DNA from: Yuukianura sp. NJ FZ-2021
Lineage: Eukaryota
NCBI GenBank assembly: GCA_046563655.1
Contig: CM102285.1
Location: 7,440,001 to 7,504,000 of the forward strand
Length of the DNA stretch: 64,000 bases
Direction: 5' to 3'
The position numbers and the translations under genes were made by a program. This document shows, piece after piece, positions 62,092 through 64,000 of this stretch. The notes under the pieces were generated by a model. It made no database searches. It was not told the DNA's origin and was given only the letters and a program-made list of their open reading frames with translations. The first letter of the stretch is position 1, and each line of letters starts with the position of its first letter.

Positions 62092-62170
62092 AAATCAGAA
62101 AATCTTAAACCTAGAATTAAATCGGAAAATCTTAAAACTAGAAATTAAATCGGGAAATCTTACAACTAGA
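62092..62170 (+). repeat. Short tandem repeat (3 x ~27 bp) downstream of the BEL pol
   Basis: taaatc(a/g)g(a/g)aaatctta(a/c)a(c/a)ctagaa repeated three times. Confidence 0.6.
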
Positions 62171-62199
62171 ACTTATCCGAATCCAGTTCCGATGTCTTC

Positions 62200-64000
62200 T
62201 CAATTTCCAAAACGTTCCGGTTTCTTCACAGTACGTCCAGATTTAGTCACAACCGGTACTTCAGCTTGAATGTCGCCTGCTTCCTCTTCATCGTAGTCAA
62301 TGGTCGTCTCATGCTTGCGTTTCTGCTTTCCAGTCGGCTTACGAGCATCTCCGACTGTCTTCTTGTCCCCAATCGGCTCACGAACATCTCCGACTTTCTC
62401 CGGATCAGCTTCTTCAGCTGGTAGCTCGTCCCTCCTCACTTCCAAAGGCACTAAACGTTGAATTGGACGAGTCAGGATTCCAGTTTTCGTCCGAACTTTT
62501 GCGACACGAATTTCCCCGTCATTGCCAGGAATCAGCTCAACGATCTTCGCCATTGGCCACAGAATCTTTTTCACTTTGTCCAATCCCACAATGACGATCT
62601 CCCCAACTTCAAATTGTCGAATCGTCTTTTCGTTGCCCCGCTGAACAAGTTGGCCCAAATAATCACTTCTAAATGCCTCCTTCAGTTCAGCCAGTAGTTT
62701 GCCCAGTTGTCGTTTCTTGTCGTGTAGAGATGGTACTTTCACTGTAGATGCTTCTGGAACTTCACTTTCTGGTAAGTCGTGAAGGAACATTGCTGGAGTG
62801 ATTGACACAAAGTCATCCTGATCCTCCGTGACGTATGTTAGTGGACGGTGATTCACAGCTGATTCCACTTCACACAAAGCAGTCTCTAACTGTACATACG
62901 TCAATTTGGCGAATCCCAGCATCCTTCTTAGCAGATCCTTCACGCTACTAACCAGTCGTTCCCACCATCCTCCCCACCATGGTGCAGATGGAGGGTTAAA
63001 CACCCACTTCACACGATGAACTTGAGTTTTCTTTTCCACTGAGTCCCAGTTGATACTTTTGAACAAGTTCACGGCTCCGACGAAGTTGGTGCCGTTGTCT
63101 GTGTAAACGATGGTTGGTCTCTGTCTTCACTTGCTGAATCTAATAAACGACAAAATAAAATCTTCAGTTGACAGAGATTCAACCAACTCCAAATGAATGG
63201 CACGGTACACAGCACAAGTAAAAAGCACAATATAAACTTTGTCTTTGTTCTTAAGTGTCAATGGGCCTGCCAGGTCAATTCCAGTGACCTCAAATGCTCT
63301 TGCGTCTCTGACTCTTGGTTCCGGTAGTGGACAGATTCTGCTTTCCCCTTTCTTCCCATCAAATCTGGTGCATCTGACGCACTTCCGGATGACTTTCTTG
63401 ATGGCTCTGCGACTTTGAACTATCCAAAACTTCTCTCTGAGTTTAGCCATCATCAGCTGAGTCCCACCGTGAGAATTAAGTTCATGGGTCTCCTTAATAA
63501 TCAGAGTCACGAATGGATGAAAGTTTGGTAGTAAGATAGGACGACGGAACAAATCACTGTCTTGACGATTGGTGATCTTCGTTCTCACTCTAATGATTTC
63601 GTCAGTGTCCTTCTCCACTCTGAGTCCCTCAATGACACTTTTCTGAGTAGAAAACGATTCCAACTGCACAATTTTGATGAATCGACGTTCCACACAGTCT
63701 AATTCTTCTGCCGTTGGTCGTATGCTGTTCTCTCGTTGTCCAATCTTCCGTGTGTTGTTCAGGAACCGGAAAACAAATGCCAAAACACGCAGATTAGAAC
63801 TGTAATTGTTTTTCACAACATACCAAGGCCTAAAATCAGCAGTAACATTGAGAGTCGAGATTCCCCTTTTCCTCTCCTGGTCGACTGCTTCTTCGTCTGT
63901 CGGTTCTTCTGCCAGTGGCCACAATTCCTTTTGCAGTCGTAACCAACCGGGTCCTTCCCACCATCTCGACTCGACAAATTTGGTGGGGGTGATACCCCTG
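62200..64000 (-). mobile_element. BEL/Pao retrotransposon pol (RNase H end + integrase), frameshift ~63127; continues beyond the window
   Basis: WWEGPGWL, HHCC zinc domain (HELNSHGG...CVRC), GIDLAGP, TDNGTNFVG, PWWGGWWERLV, PGNDGEIR. Confidence 0.92.

Overview
Eukaryotic DNA, most likely arthropod (inferred from GT-AG introns, TCAGT initiators, TTAGG-like tracts and F-box/LRR genes). The centrepiece is a complete, apparently intact 16.9-kb Polinton/Maverick (adintovirus-like endogenous dsDNA virus) at 16823-33760. It has ~90-bp TIRs identical over 87 bp and a TCGAG target-site duplication, and it is inserted into a Ty3/Gypsy gag that reads in frame once the element is removed. It encodes a spliced protein-primed PolB, packaging ATPase, spliced rve integrase, adenain protease, major and minor capsid proteins and small core proteins. 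Its unusual cargo is (i) a Pol III-type (A box, B box, T6) ~130-nt hairpin RNA gene resembling adenoviral VA RNAs near the right TIR, and (ii) an F-box protein plus a 4-exon Ulp1/SENP-like clan CE protease near the left TIR. The rest of the window is a mosaic of decayed fragments: three divergent class III (chuvirus/gB-like) fusion glycoprotein relics, a second catalytically dead pPolB, two BEL/Pao pol fragments, Copia and Gypsy gag, a LINE ORF1, an EXD-like nuclease, F-box/LRR exons and three unknown families each present twice. Nearly all TE/viral relics lie on the minus strand, suggesting a uni-strand piRNA-cluster-like trap. All family assignments come from motif recognition by eye; no searches were run.
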